This document shows, piece after piece, positions 10,055-18,567 of a stretch of DNA of 64,000 bases. Numbering within the stretch: the stretch's first letter is position 1; every line of letters begins with the position of its first letter. A model generated the notes under the pieces. It saw nothing but the letters and a program-made list of their open reading frames with translations, searched no databases and was not told where the DNA came from. A program made the position numbers and the translations under genes. The stretch is from a virus (lineage: Duplodnaviria > Heunggongvirae > Uroviricota > Caudoviricetes): IMG/VR virus record IMGVR_UViG_3300027896_000022, positions 17,954 to 81,953 of that record; one strand, written 5' to 3'.

Positions 10055-11056
10055 TTATTTTATTAAGTCATATCCAGCCTGAAGTTTGGCTAAATCAATC
10101 TTTTTTTCCTTGGAATAAATTGCCATTAGGTTGCCTATTTCCAGATTCAAATCGTCATCAGAAAATTTAATTATTTTCCTTTCCGTTTTGTAGTCTTCTA
10201 TCAGAATAGAGCCATCGTAATTGGCTAATTCCTTTTTAAGGGAGGTTAAGTCATTTTCAGTAGGTTTTTTTGTTAAAATCAATTTAATTATAGAGTTTTT
10301 AGGGAATCCCTTAAAAGTGACAGGATCTTCTACTTTAATAATGCTTCTTCCTGGCAAAATACATTCTATAATTTTTCCATCATCCATAATATAGACATAT
10401 CCCGGCCCTTCATTTATCTCTTGAGCAAAAATACTTCCTGCATAAAGTATATTACTTTTTGTATCGCAATAGGCCGTATGTATATGGCCGCAAAAGATAT
10501 TCTCATACATCTTGGTTATCTTTGCCCTTGGCAGGACAATTTCATTCAGGTCGTCAGTTCTGATTCCTTTAATATTATGACCTGAAATAGCATGATGTAT
10601 AAACAAATTTTTGCCTTTAGGCAGCATTTTTAGAAGCTTTTCTGAGGCTTCTTCATGCGTACCGCATTCCAATTCACCCTTGTAAAAATAAGGGCAGAAA
10701 ACATCACCATCTATTTCAACTATCTCGTTAGTAATAATATGCCATCTTTTATTTTTAACTTCTTTCATGAAATCAATGGCACTTTTACCATCACCAACTT
10801 TTTCATGATTACCAGCCAATATATAAATATCCTGTTTAAATTTTTCAATAAACTGAACAAACTCTCTTATGACTTCAGACGGATTATTACGGCCATTTAG
10901 TTGATCGCCAAGAAAAATAACCTTATCGCAGCCTTTACTTGCAGCAAAAATAAAATTTAAAACTTCTTCCTTTTCTTTCTTTCTGCCATCGGCAACAAAA
11001 TCGGCATAACCCATTTTTTCTTTAAGATGTAAATCACTAACTATTAAATATTTCAT
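10055..11056 (-). CDS. sbcD: SbcD/Mre11-like calcineurin-type nuclease
   Basis: Carries the phosphoesterase motifs IVSDLHL, GDQLNGRN and GNHE. Confidence 0.8.
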   Translation of the reverse strand: MKYLIVSDLHLKEKMGYADFVADGRKKEKEEVLNFIFAASKGCDKVIFLGDQLNGRNNPSEVIREFVQFIEKFKQDIYILAGNHEKVGDGKSAIDFMKEVKNKRWHIITNEIVEIDGDVFCPYFYKGELECGTHEEASEKLLKMLPKGKNLFIHHAISGHNIKGIRTDDLNEIVLPRAKITKMYENIFCGHIHTAYCDTKSNILYAGSIFAQEINEGPGYVYIMDDGKIIECILPGRSIIKVEDPVTFKGFPKNSIIKLILTKKPTENDLTSLKKELANYDGSILIEDYKTERKIIKFSDDDLNLEIGNLMAIYSKEKKIDLAKLQAGYDLIK

Positions 11057-11132
11057 ACAAGCCCTTGCGGGCTGCCTCTCTAGCCAGTCTAAAATGACTA
11101 GAGAGGCAGAAGAAGATGGTGTAGATAGTTTA

Positions 11133-11792
11133 TTAGATAGACTTTAACTTAGCTAAAATAGCATCAAGGTTAGCCGGAATAAAATCCAAGCTAGTCTTTT
11201 CCTTGATTTTAGCTTTTACCTCTTCAGTGCTGACAGCGCCAAGCTTGCTTTTCGCCAAGTTAGCAATCTCTTTAATTTTGTCAGAATCTGAAACCAAAGA
11301 GGCTTCTAAGATAGCCTCAGCAGTGATTTTATCAGGAAAAATTTCCTTAGCCGTCATGCCCGCTGTCGGGTTTTCCTCTTTTGCTTGTTCTTTCAACCAT
11401 TCTTCATCCTTATATTTGGGATCATGAACGATCCGGATGAATTTAGTCGGCTGCTTTCCAGGATTATCCTTGGTTCCGGTAAAAATGAAACCAACAATGT
11501 CACCTAGAGAGCAATTGTCCAATTCGTTCAAAAGACCGGTCTTGTTGTGTCTAATAGACACAGTTTTGATGGTCTTGTCTGGCTGTAGAAGACTGACCAA
11601 AGTCTGGGCATTCTTGTAGCCATCGATCGAATTGTCGTCTCTTTTAATTAAGGTTCCTTGAACCTTGTCGCCGATGTTGACGAATTTGAAGAAATCTTTC
11701 GATTCTTCATAATCCACCTCATCGAAAATGTTTACTGGCATGCTGTTTTGTCGTTTAGCTAACAGGCTGTATATGCTGTATAGCAGATCCAA
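11133..11792 (-). CDS. Hypothetical protein
   Basis: 219-aa ORF. Confidence 0.5.
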   Translation of the reverse strand: MDLLYSIYSLLAKRQNSMPVNIFDEVDYEESKDFFKFVNIGDKVQGTLIKRDDNSIDGYKNAQTLVSLLQPDKTIKTVSIRHNKTGLLNELDNCSLGDIVGFIFTGTKDNPGKQPTKFIRIVHDPKYKDEEWLKEQAKEENPTAGMTAKEIFPDKITAEAILEASLVSDSDKIKEIANLAKSKLGAVSTEEVKAKIKEKTSLDFIPANLDAILAKLKSI

Positions 11793-11815
11793 TTAAGGAT
11801 CATATTATATTAAAT

Positions 11816-12247
11816 CTACACCATCTCAATTCCTTTGGCCTTCATTAAACTTCGGCATAATTGGCCAATGCTTTCAGTCAATGTTTCTACGGCGATTTCT
11901 ATTTCTCTTTTAGTCGCATAACGCTCATGCGCCAAATCGCCTAAAGGATTAGTCAATACATGAGCGATCTCATGCGTTAAGCCTTGCCGTAAAATGGCAA
12001 AATCTTTTTTCTTGAATAAATCCAAAAAATAAGGATAATACCAGATATTTGCCGTCTTGTAAGGGACAGAATAATTCATTCTGAATCCTGTTATGCCTTG
12101 TTTAGTTTTTTCATCTTTAGTTTCCTCATGAAAAACTACAGTTATTCCACCCAGGCCATATAATTCTATAAGCAAACAAACGGATCTTCCTATCCAGTTT
12201 CTAAAGGCTTTTTTAAGTTTTGTATCTTTGTTGTTTCTTTTCTTCAT
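11816..12247 (-). CDS. Hypothetical protein with an HExxH motif (possible small metallopeptidase-like protein). Probably leaderless.
   Basis: Contains THEIAH. The ATG lies 7 nt downstream of the -10 of a consensus promoter. Confidence 0.45.
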   Translation of the reverse strand: MKKRNNKDTKLKKAFRNWIGRSVCLLIELYGLGGITVVFHEETKDEKTKQGITGFRMNYSVPYKTANIWYYPYFLDLFKKKDFAILRQGLTHEIAHVLTNPLGDLAHERYATKREIEIAVETLTESIGQLCRSLMKAKGIEMV

Positions 12248-12254
12248 AATTCAT

Positions 12255-12283
12255 ATTATACACCCGTGTAAAATATTTGTCAA
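12255..12283 (-). promoter_or_regulatory. Sigma70-type promoter: TTGACA, a 17-nt spacer, then TATAAT
   Basis: The minus strand reads cTTGACAaatattttacacgggtgTATAATatg. Confidence 0.6.
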
Positions 12284-14019
12284 GAGGGTAGGGTGGATTT
12301 ACCTTCCTTGACAATTCTTCTCTTTTCTTTCAATTCGATAGATTTAATAATACTGCTTGCATAACTTTTAAAACCTTCTCTGGGTATTTCCGCACCGTCA
12401 ATTAACTGATCAAAAAGCAATTGTTTCTTGCCTAATAATTTAAACATATATTCATCCACTGTCTTCTTAGAATAAAGCTGATAAATGGTTATATGCTCAG
12501 AGGTAGAACCGATACGGTGGATTCTATCAATTGCTTGAGAATGGTCTGCTGGAGTCCAAGAATAATCCAGAAAGACAACATTAGTGGCAGCTGTCAGGTT
12601 AATGCCGACACCAGCACTTTTAATTCCGCCAAAAAAAATCTTTAATTTTTCTTTGGATTGAAATTCATTTACTATATTATTTCTTTCTTCAGCGTCAATC
12701 TTCCCTGTCACTAAGACAGAAATATCCTTAAAATATTTATGCAACTGCTCTAAAGGTTCATTATAACAGCTAAAGACAACTACTTTTTCGCCATTCTCAA
12801 TGATATTTTGAATAATTTCTTTGCTTTGTTCTATCTTACCCAAGCTGCTTAATTGCCTTAAAGCACCTAATTTTACTAACTTTTCAGCTTGCATTGATCG
12901 AGCTGCTTCTTTTTCTGTCTTCTTTTTAATATTAATCAAAAACCGGCCAAATTCTTCTTCCGCCATCTTGTATTTTTCAGCTATCACTGGATCAAGCTCT
13001 AATGGATGATAGATGAATCTTTTCTCAGGAAGATCAGGCAGAATTTCTTTTTTTGATCGTCTGATAAAATACGGACTGATACGTTCCTGCAATTCTGTAA
13101 TATTAGTTGAACCTCGATCGTCCCAGCCAAATCTTCCCATATGGCCGTTGCAATATCTTCGGCTATAGGCGTAATAATCAAACCAGTTTTTAGGATCCAA
13201 GGTATTCAATGGATTAAACAATTCTATCGGGCGGGAAAGAAATGGAGTTCCGCTTAACATCAAAATTTTAGGAATATGTGCCACCAATTTTTTTGTCGCC
13301 CTGCTTCTGAAAGCTGATTTATTTTTAATATAATGAACCTCGTCCAAAATGCATGCTTCCCAAGAAATGCTACTTAAAACCTTAAAGAATTTTTTTAGTA
13401 TATCATAATTGATTACGAAAATCTGATGTTTATTTATATTCTCTATAACAGTAAGCTCTTTCTCATCGCTATCAATCACCATAACTTTTAAATCTGTCCA
13501 TTTTTCTACTTCAGCTTTCCAGTTATATTTGACAACAGCCGGACAAATAACCAATGTTTTTTTTATATCAGAATGAGTAATATAAGCCAAGGCTTGAACT
13601 GTTTTGCCCGCGCCCATTGGGTCGCTGTTCATGGCCCTGCCATTGCTATTTATAAAAAATTCTACACCTACCTTTTGATAAGGAAGAAGTTCCCCCTTAA
13701 TGCCTTTAATTTTAATATTTGATTCTTTTGTTTTCTTTAAACGATCGGCATTTGCTTTGGCTAAAATAGCTTCTTTTGTCAAGTATCGAGCCAGTTCATA
13801 TTCCATTTTTATTTCTTCATCTATTTCTATTTCTGGATAGCGATCTTTCAATTCTACAGCAAAGTCAATGTCGGTAAATCGCCAAGCACCGTTTAAAAAA
13901 GAAAAACGCTTAAAACCATATTTATCGCTTAGGTATTTGCAATATTCAACCATTTCATAGTCAAACTTAAAAGACAATGAATAGCTATATCCAGTTGTAT
14001 TATTTCGTTCTATTTTCAT
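12280..14019 (-). CDS. SNF2-family (SWI2/Rad54-like) helicase
   Basis: Walker A DPMGAGKT, DEAH-box-like DEVHYIKN, and C-terminal helicase motifs. Confidence 0.8.
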   Translation of the reverse strand: MKIERNNTTGYSYSLSFKFDYEMVEYCKYLSDKYGFKRFSFLNGAWRFTDIDFAVELKDRYPEIEIDEEIKMEYELARYLTKEAILAKANADRLKKTKESNIKIKGIKGELLPYQKVGVEFFINSNGRAMNSDPMGAGKTVQALAYITHSDIKKTLVICPAVVKYNWKAEVEKWTDLKVMVIDSDEKELTVIENINKHQIFVINYDILKKFFKVLSSISWEACILDEVHYIKNKSAFRSRATKKLVAHIPKILMLSGTPFLSRPIELFNPLNTLDPKNWFDYYAYSRRYCNGHMGRFGWDDRGSTNITELQERISPYFIRRSKKEILPDLPEKRFIYHPLELDPVIAEKYKMAEEEFGRFLINIKKKTEKEAARSMQAEKLVKLGALRQLSSLGKIEQSKEIIQNIIENGEKVVVFSCYNEPLEQLHKYFKDISVLVTGKIDAEERNNIVNEFQSKEKLKIFFGGIKSAGVGINLTAATNVVFLDYSWTPADHSQAIDRIHRIGSTSEHITIYQLYSKKTVDEYMFKLLGKKQLLFDQLIDGAEIPREGFKSYASSIIKSIELKEKRRIVKEGKSTLPS

Positions 14020-14242
14020 TGATGAGGTCTCTTATATTAGCCAGACTATGTCCAGCCTTTCTTAATTTTTGCATCCTGTCCCAGGTAGCCAAGATTTTCT
14101 TTTCTTCAAACAAGGCAGCCTTTCCGGCATACATATCCGGAATTAAAATGCCCATTTGAACATAATAAATCAAGGACGATTTTTTGACCTTTAACATCTT
14201 GCTTAAATCAAGTAAAGTGACGTAATTAATTTTTGTTACCAT
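14000..14242 (-). CDS. Small MerR/excisionase-like HTH protein
   Basis: 80-aa ORF. The N-terminal LLDLSKMLKVKKSSLIYYVQMGIL is HTH-like. Confidence 0.4.
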   Translation of the reverse strand: MVTKINYVTLLDLSKMLKVKKSSLIYYVQMGILIPDMYAGKAALFEEKKILATWDRMQKLRKAGHSLANIRDLINENRTK

Positions 14243-14271
14243 TTTTTTATGATTAATTTTTTAACTCTTTA

Positions 14272-14300
14272 ATTATACACCTATATAAAATAGTTGTCAA
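14272..14300 (-). promoter_or_regulatory. Sigma70-type promoter: TTGACA, a 17-nt spacer, then TATAAT
   Basis: Minus strand reads cTTGACAactattttatataggtgTATAATt, upstream of the 14242 start. Confidence 0.55.
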
Positions 14301-14556
14301 GTAAGATATTTTCTGATGGGGGACGGCAAGTCGTCAGCTTTGCTCGTGGCCAGAAAAAACTTCAAAGAAAATTCCAACCACGGCGGACCGCTTGGCCGAA
14401 GGGGGGATTCATTTCCCCACTTGCCGCACCCTCATCAAAAAAACAAAAACTAATTGGCTTAATAATCTATCGTGCGTTCAATTAACTTAGCCGGAAATAG
14501 CCCGAAAGGAACCTAATACCTTTGCACACGTTCCGGAACCAATTGGAGAGTTTTAG

Positions 14557-14628
14557 ACCAGGTAACAGAAATCGGACCTGCTTCATGAGATTGGAAATCT
14601 CAGGTAATAACCATTATACGATACCTGG
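14557..14628 (-). tRNA. tRNA-Gly (anticodon TCC). The cloverleaf was folded by hand. CCA is not encoded.
   Basis: Reverse complement reads ccaggta tc gtat aatggtta ttac c tgaga tttccaa tctca tgaa gcagg tccgatt tctgt tacctgg t. It has a 7-bp perfect acceptor stem, U8, A14, GG in the D-loop, U33 and A37. The T-loop is atypical. Confidence 0.45.
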
Positions 14629-14755
14629 GGCAAGGGAAGACAAAGCTTCCCTCACTGAATGGCTCAGCCATCTATAGTTGGCTTCAGCTGATTTAATCCT
14701 GGATGGCTCTAGAGGCTCATCGCAGCCTTCCAACACGCCAGGAACCAATTTTATA

Positions 14756-15058
14756 TTAAAACCACCGTTCTTCGTCAGTTCTCTTATCTTCAGGCTCTGG
14801 CACAGAAGCCTCAAATTGGCTCATAATTTGCATTAATTGCTCGCCTACGTGTTTGTGGTTAAAAAGGTTGGCATGCGTCTTGTCAGCCTTCTTTTGGACG
14901 GTATTTAAGGCTTTAATCATATCCTTGACGACAAAATGCAATCTTTCTATCTTTTGGTCAACTGTGGCCTTAATCCAAGGGACCATTTGTTCGTTGTTTG
15001 TAGGTGGTGTCATTTCTGCAGCCATTTGCACAATTGGCGGCTTAACATTTTTTGGCAT
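14756..15058 (-). CDS. Hypothetical protein
   Basis: 100-aa ORF. Confidence 0.4.
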   Translation of the reverse strand: MPKNVKPPIVQMAAEMTPPTNNEQMVPWIKATVDQKIERLHFVVKDMIKALNTVQKKADKTHANLFNHKHVGEQLMQIMSQFEASVPEPEDKRTDEERWF

Positions 15059-15073
15059 AATTTTTTTAATTAA

Positions 15074-15238
15074 TTATTTATTTGAATCATATATTTCTTT
15101 TAAACTTTTTCCATCATCATTGGCGGCCAAGGCTTTGTCGGCTATTTCTTCATGTTCTTGGCACCAGGCGATATAAAGATCACCAAGTCTTACCCATCCA
15201 TCCACTTCTTTTTTACAATTTTTGATAAAACATTTCAT
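15074..15238 (-). CDS. Small hypothetical protein of 54 aa (MKCFIKNCKKEVDGW...). It is not in the ORF track.
   Basis: ATG-to-stop ORF on the minus strand in an otherwise empty gap. It is Cys-containing. Confidence 0.25.
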   Translation of the reverse strand: MKCFIKNCKKEVDGWVRLGDLYIAWCQEHEEIADKALAANDDGKSLKEIYDSNK

Positions 15239-15347
15239 AGTTTTTAATTTTTTAAAAAATTAAAAGTATTAAGAAGCCCTAAAAAAGTCATAATTATTAA
15301 TACTATAATGGCAATCCAATAAATGATGTCCCCTATTTTCATAAAAT

Positions 15348-15695
15348 TTAACCCTTGCAGACCCACCAATTTTTATGGTCTGGATAGAGTTTTAAAAAAC
15401 ATCTTATGTTATCCTCATAATTTAATACGTCACCAGTACAATAATTTTTCCACGTTTTGTCAATAAATTGATAAACACCCTTGGCGGTGCTTTGCTGATT
15501 AAAAAGCTGTGTGCCATACTGGCTTTCGCACGCGGCAATACGCAAGGCTTTTTTTGAATCAAAATTATACTCTTCAGAAATCGCAACTATCTGCCCTTTT
15601 ATTGTATCATGATTAATTGGCAAATGATTGCAATTCATCAATAAAATGCTACAAATTGAAAGTAAATCCATAAAGTTATATTTTATATTTCTCAA
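15348..15695 (-). CDS. Rpf/transglycosylase-like (lysozyme-like) domain protein
   Basis: IAACESQYGTQ...KGVYQF resembles the Rpf-type transglycosylase CES...G..QF motif. Confidence 0.4.
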   Translation of the reverse strand: MRNIKYNFMDLLSICSILLMNCNHLPINHDTIKGQIVAISEEYNFDSKKALRIAACESQYGTQLFNQQSTAKGVYQFIDKTWKNYCTGDVLNYEDNIRCFLKLYPDHKNWWVCKG

Positions 15696-15995
15696 TCTTC
15701 TTCTTCAATTCAAGAAATTCGTCTTTGGTTAAAGTTATGTGATTATAACAATTTTTATTATCTAAAATAATAAAAGAATCATTAACTTTCTTGTCATTCT
15801 TAAATTCTTCTTTGTGGTCGATTTTAATCATAGAGGTTTAAAATCTAATTTTAATATTTCAATTTTTTTTATTCCTATTTGCTTTTTTGCTTTTTCAGCT
15901 TCTTTTAATGAATAATAAAATTTAAAAAGTCCTAATTCTTTATGACCAAAATATTTTCCATTTAATCTTAAAACATAATATTGTTTCATAATTTT

Positions 15996-16832
15996 TTATA
16001 TTAGATTTAAAGCATCTTTTAAACTGCCAAAATTCTTCTCATATAGAGAACAAGCAGGCAAGAGTTGCTGGCCAAAATCTGAAAATGAGGCATCCCTTCC
16101 ATTTATCTTACCAAATTCTTTTAAACAACCCAAGAGGAATGGCTTGCTCAATTCTCTTTCTCTTCCAACACTTACATCTAATTTTAATAATTTAAGTGCT
16201 TCAACATAACTGCCAAAAGTTCTTTTAATTGTAGAATAAAGTTTTTGTCCCTTAGAACCTTTTAAATATCTTCCCGAAGGAACCTTGCCTTGTTTAATAG
16301 CTGTTTTTTTAATCAAGTCTAACAATTGAAGATAGCAAGTTCCTTCTTTGTTCTTTTTTCCCGCACATAATTTATTATTTACCCCACGATGAGATCCGGC
16401 TCTGTTCCATTTTTTAGCCCATCTTCTTCTTTTCCTTTCCCAATAAGGTTCGTTGTTTCTTGTTTCAATTATCTTGGCTCTTATCTCTGACGAACAAAGA
16501 GCGGTTGAATGCATCAAGCCAAACAAGTCCTTATAAGCATTGGCAAGGTGTTTTTGCTTGGTAGGATGGATTGCTTTCCCTTCCAACTCTTCCTTATGAA
16601 GCTTCAAATGTCCGCCCATGCTGTAGAACCATTTTCCGCAAAGATGACATTGGATTCTACCTGTATCAGCATCCTCTAATACAACGCCCTCATAGCCAAA
16701 ATATTTTTTAGCAAGAGGAATCAAAGGGTCTTTGTAGCCCCGATAGATGATATTAACTGGTGCGGGATAATTTTTTCTTTTTCTTGGCATAAAACTCAAT
16801 CTTCGGCCCCCATTTGGCAATGGGTAGCACAT
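15996..16832 (-). CDS. Zinc-finger (Ros/MucR-like C2H2) DNA-binding protein
   Basis: Contains CHLCGKWFYSMGGHLKLH. It is a paralog of the motif in ORF 4783-5271. Confidence 0.5.
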   Translation of the reverse strand: MCYPLPNGGRRLSFMPRKRKNYPAPVNIIYRGYKDPLIPLAKKYFGYEGVVLEDADTGRIQCHLCGKWFYSMGGHLKLHKEELEGKAIHPTKQKHLANAYKDLFGLMHSTALCSSEIRAKIIETRNNEPYWERKRRRWAKKWNRAGSHRGVNNKLCAGKKNKEGTCYLQLLDLIKKTAIKQGKVPSGRYLKGSKGQKLYSTIKRTFGSYVEALKLLKLDVSVGRERELSKPFLLGCLKEFGKINGRDASFSDFGQQLLPACSLYEKNFGSLKDALNLI

Positions 16833-16946
16833 AAATCACTGCAGAAATTTTTTGTTTCATTCTGATAATTTATCCTGATTATTCTTTTAATCACGTCCTT
16901 CTCTTCCAATTCTTTTCCACATTGATCACATTTAATTTTATTCATA

Positions 16947-17150
16947 TTATTTAATCACGCAAGACGGCTTAATAGCGCCATCTTTTAAACGTTTTTCTAA
17001 TAATTCCTTTAAGAATTTTTGCTCTTTCTTTAAATCTTTAAACTTTCCCAGCGGCATATTCACTCTTTGCCAAATATCAATATCCTCTGGATTTCCAAGA
17101 GTAGGACGCCAACTGGCAATTAATTGTTCTATTTCATCTGTTAGCCTCAT
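16947..17150 (-). CDS. Small hypothetical protein
   Basis: 67-aa ORF. Confidence 0.35.
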   Translation of the reverse strand: MRLTDEIEQLIASWRPTLGNPEDIDIWQRVNMPLGKFKDLKKEQKFLKELLEKRLKDGAIKPSCVIK

Positions 17151-17388
17151 TTTTTTTCTTGATTAAATATTTTTTTACCGCTTTATTAACTATTTTTTTA
17201 ACTCTTTCCGGATTTTTTTTCATCCAGCTGATAGTCCTGGCAGTTTGTGCTTTCCGGTATTTCTTGTCATTCTTCCAACGATTGACAATATAGTCATGGT
17301 TATAACAAGTATAGCAAAGTCCTTTTCTCTTTTTTAAGGAAATCAAGGCAGAACATTTTTTGCATTTTTTAAATAATTTTTCTTTCAT
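17134..17388 (-). CDS. Small basic zinc-ribbon protein
   Basis: Contains CKKC...CYTC and is Lys-rich. Confidence 0.4.
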   Translation of the reverse strand: MKEKLFKKCKKCSALISLKKRKGLCYTCYNHDYIVNRWKNDKKYRKAQTARTISWMKKNPERVKKIVNKAVKKYLIKKKNEANR

Positions 17389-17392
17389 ATTC

Positions 17393-17566
17393 TTATAATA
17401 TTACTTTTTTAAATTCTTCTTCCAAATATTCGACCATATACTTGGCAAAAGACGTTAAAATTTCCCGGTCTTTCCAGAAGAAAGAATTTTCCTGCTCTTT
17501 TTTGGCTTTAAGGTAGAGGTCTTTAAGCTCTTTTAAATCTGCAGCGCTGACTGAAACATTTTTCAT
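17393..17566 (-). CDS. Small hypothetical protein of 57 aa. It is not in the ORF track.
   Basis: Minus-strand ATG-to-stop ORF (MKNVSVSAADLKELKDLYLKAKKEQ...), downstream of the 17706-17734 promoter. Confidence 0.3.
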   Translation of the reverse strand: MKNVSVSAADLKELKDLYLKAKKEQENSFFWKDREILTSFAKYMVEYLEEEFKKVIL

Positions 17567-17705
17567 ATTTTTACTTTTTAATTATTCCGCCATTTTCCCA
17601 TTCCATATAATTAGATGGGGGCATAGTGATTTTTTTAACTTTTACTGGTTTTTTAATCGGCTTTTTCTTTTTAACCATAAAATTAATTTTTATTAGCTTT
17701 CCTAT

Positions 17706-17734
17706 ATTATACACCCGTGTAAAATATTTGTCAA
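17706..17734 (-). promoter_or_regulatory. Sigma70-type promoter. The 30-mer is identical to the one at 12255-12283.
   Basis: Minus strand reads cTTGACAaatattttacacgggtgTATAATatagg. Confidence 0.6.
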
Positions 17735-17825
17735 GAGAGGGATAGAATTAATGCCATTTTGTCAAGTTGTAGGATTTGTGCTATAATGTAAAAAAATATT
17801 ATAATAAAAATAACATTATCTAATT

Positions 17826-18104
17826 ATGACACCTGAAATTTTTAGCACCAGAGATCTTTACCTGGCTGCCACGCTCGTTTCCTTAAAATTCCCTATGATA
17901 GGTATAGACTACCAAGTTGAGGGTGAAAAAAACCGCCCGATCGGTTTTTTCAAGTTTGAAAACTCTGGCAGATTAATGGAAGCCAAGACCCAATACAACC
18001 AGGGAATGCTGGTTGTGGAACCCCGGAACTTTGTCACCAATCTCAATGGCTTAAAAGCTGAAGTAATCGGCGCTTTAACCAACCCGCATACCAGACAACC
18101 TTAA
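17826..18104 (+). CDS. Hypothetical protein
   Basis: 92-aa ORF. It is the first + strand gene after the strand switch. Confidence 0.45.
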   Translation: MTPEIFSTRDLYLAATLVSLKFPMIGIDYQVEGEKNRPIGFFKFENSGRLMEAKTQYNQGMLVVEPRNFVTNLNGLKAEVIGALTNPHTRQP

Positions 18105-18122
18105 AACAGATAGACAGGCTCT

Positions 18123-18151
18123 TGACAGGAATTTTTTTTAGGTGTATACTG
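18123..18151 (+). promoter_or_regulatory. Sigma70-type promoter: TTGACA, a 17-nt spacer, then TATACT
   Basis: Sequence is tcTTGACAggaattttttttaggtgTATACTg. Confidence 0.5.
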
Positions 18152-18248
18152 AAAATAATAATAATGAAAAAATAAAAATAATTTAATGCAATCTTTACCT
18201 ATTAAAAGATTGTTTCGATAATAACTTTACCCTTCAAGGTTTTTTTAA

Positions 18249-18329
18249 AAGACATTTCCCTGTTCGTCTCTTCTAAGGAACGAAAGTTCCCCTTGAAGGG
18301 GGAGTCTAACAGGAAAGTGTCTTTTTTTA
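18249..18329 (+). terminator. Long imperfect stem-loop followed by a T-run. It could be an intrinsic terminator, an attenuator, or the 3' end of a ~170-nt sRNA.
   Basis: aagacatttccctgtt pairs with aacaggaaagtgtctt and is followed by TTTTTTT. Inner hairpins are ggaacgaaagttcc and ccccttgaaggggg. Confidence 0.45.
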
Positions 18330-18348
18330 TTTAATATTAGCCTATATC

Positions 18349-18567
18349 ATGAAACAACATACTTTAAAAGATCTGGAAAATGCCCCAGATACTTTAATAA
18401 AATTTTTTCTTTTACAGGGCAAAGCCGAACCATCGATGCTTGAAGATGCTCTTGAGTTTTATAAAACGGTTTCAGTCAGTGCCTGGAAATCTCAAAGAAA
18501 AAATAGAAAAAATTTTATCAAATATTTTCTTAGAACAATGAAATTTTTTAATTCTATAAAACGATGA
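18349..18567 (+). CDS. Small hypothetical protein
   Basis: 72-aa ORF. Confidence 0.4.
   Translation: MKQHTLKDLENAPDTLIKFFLLQGKAEPSMLEDALEFYKTVSVSAWKSQRKNRKNFIKYFLRTMKFFNSIKR

Noticed and set aside
14614-14814. 66-aa minus ORF, and the 63-aa plus ORF 14294-14485, inside the GC-rich island
   Set aside because: They overlap the folded tRNA-Gly and structured GC-rich sequence, and the codon composition is unlike neighbouring genes. The region is more likely non-coding RNA.
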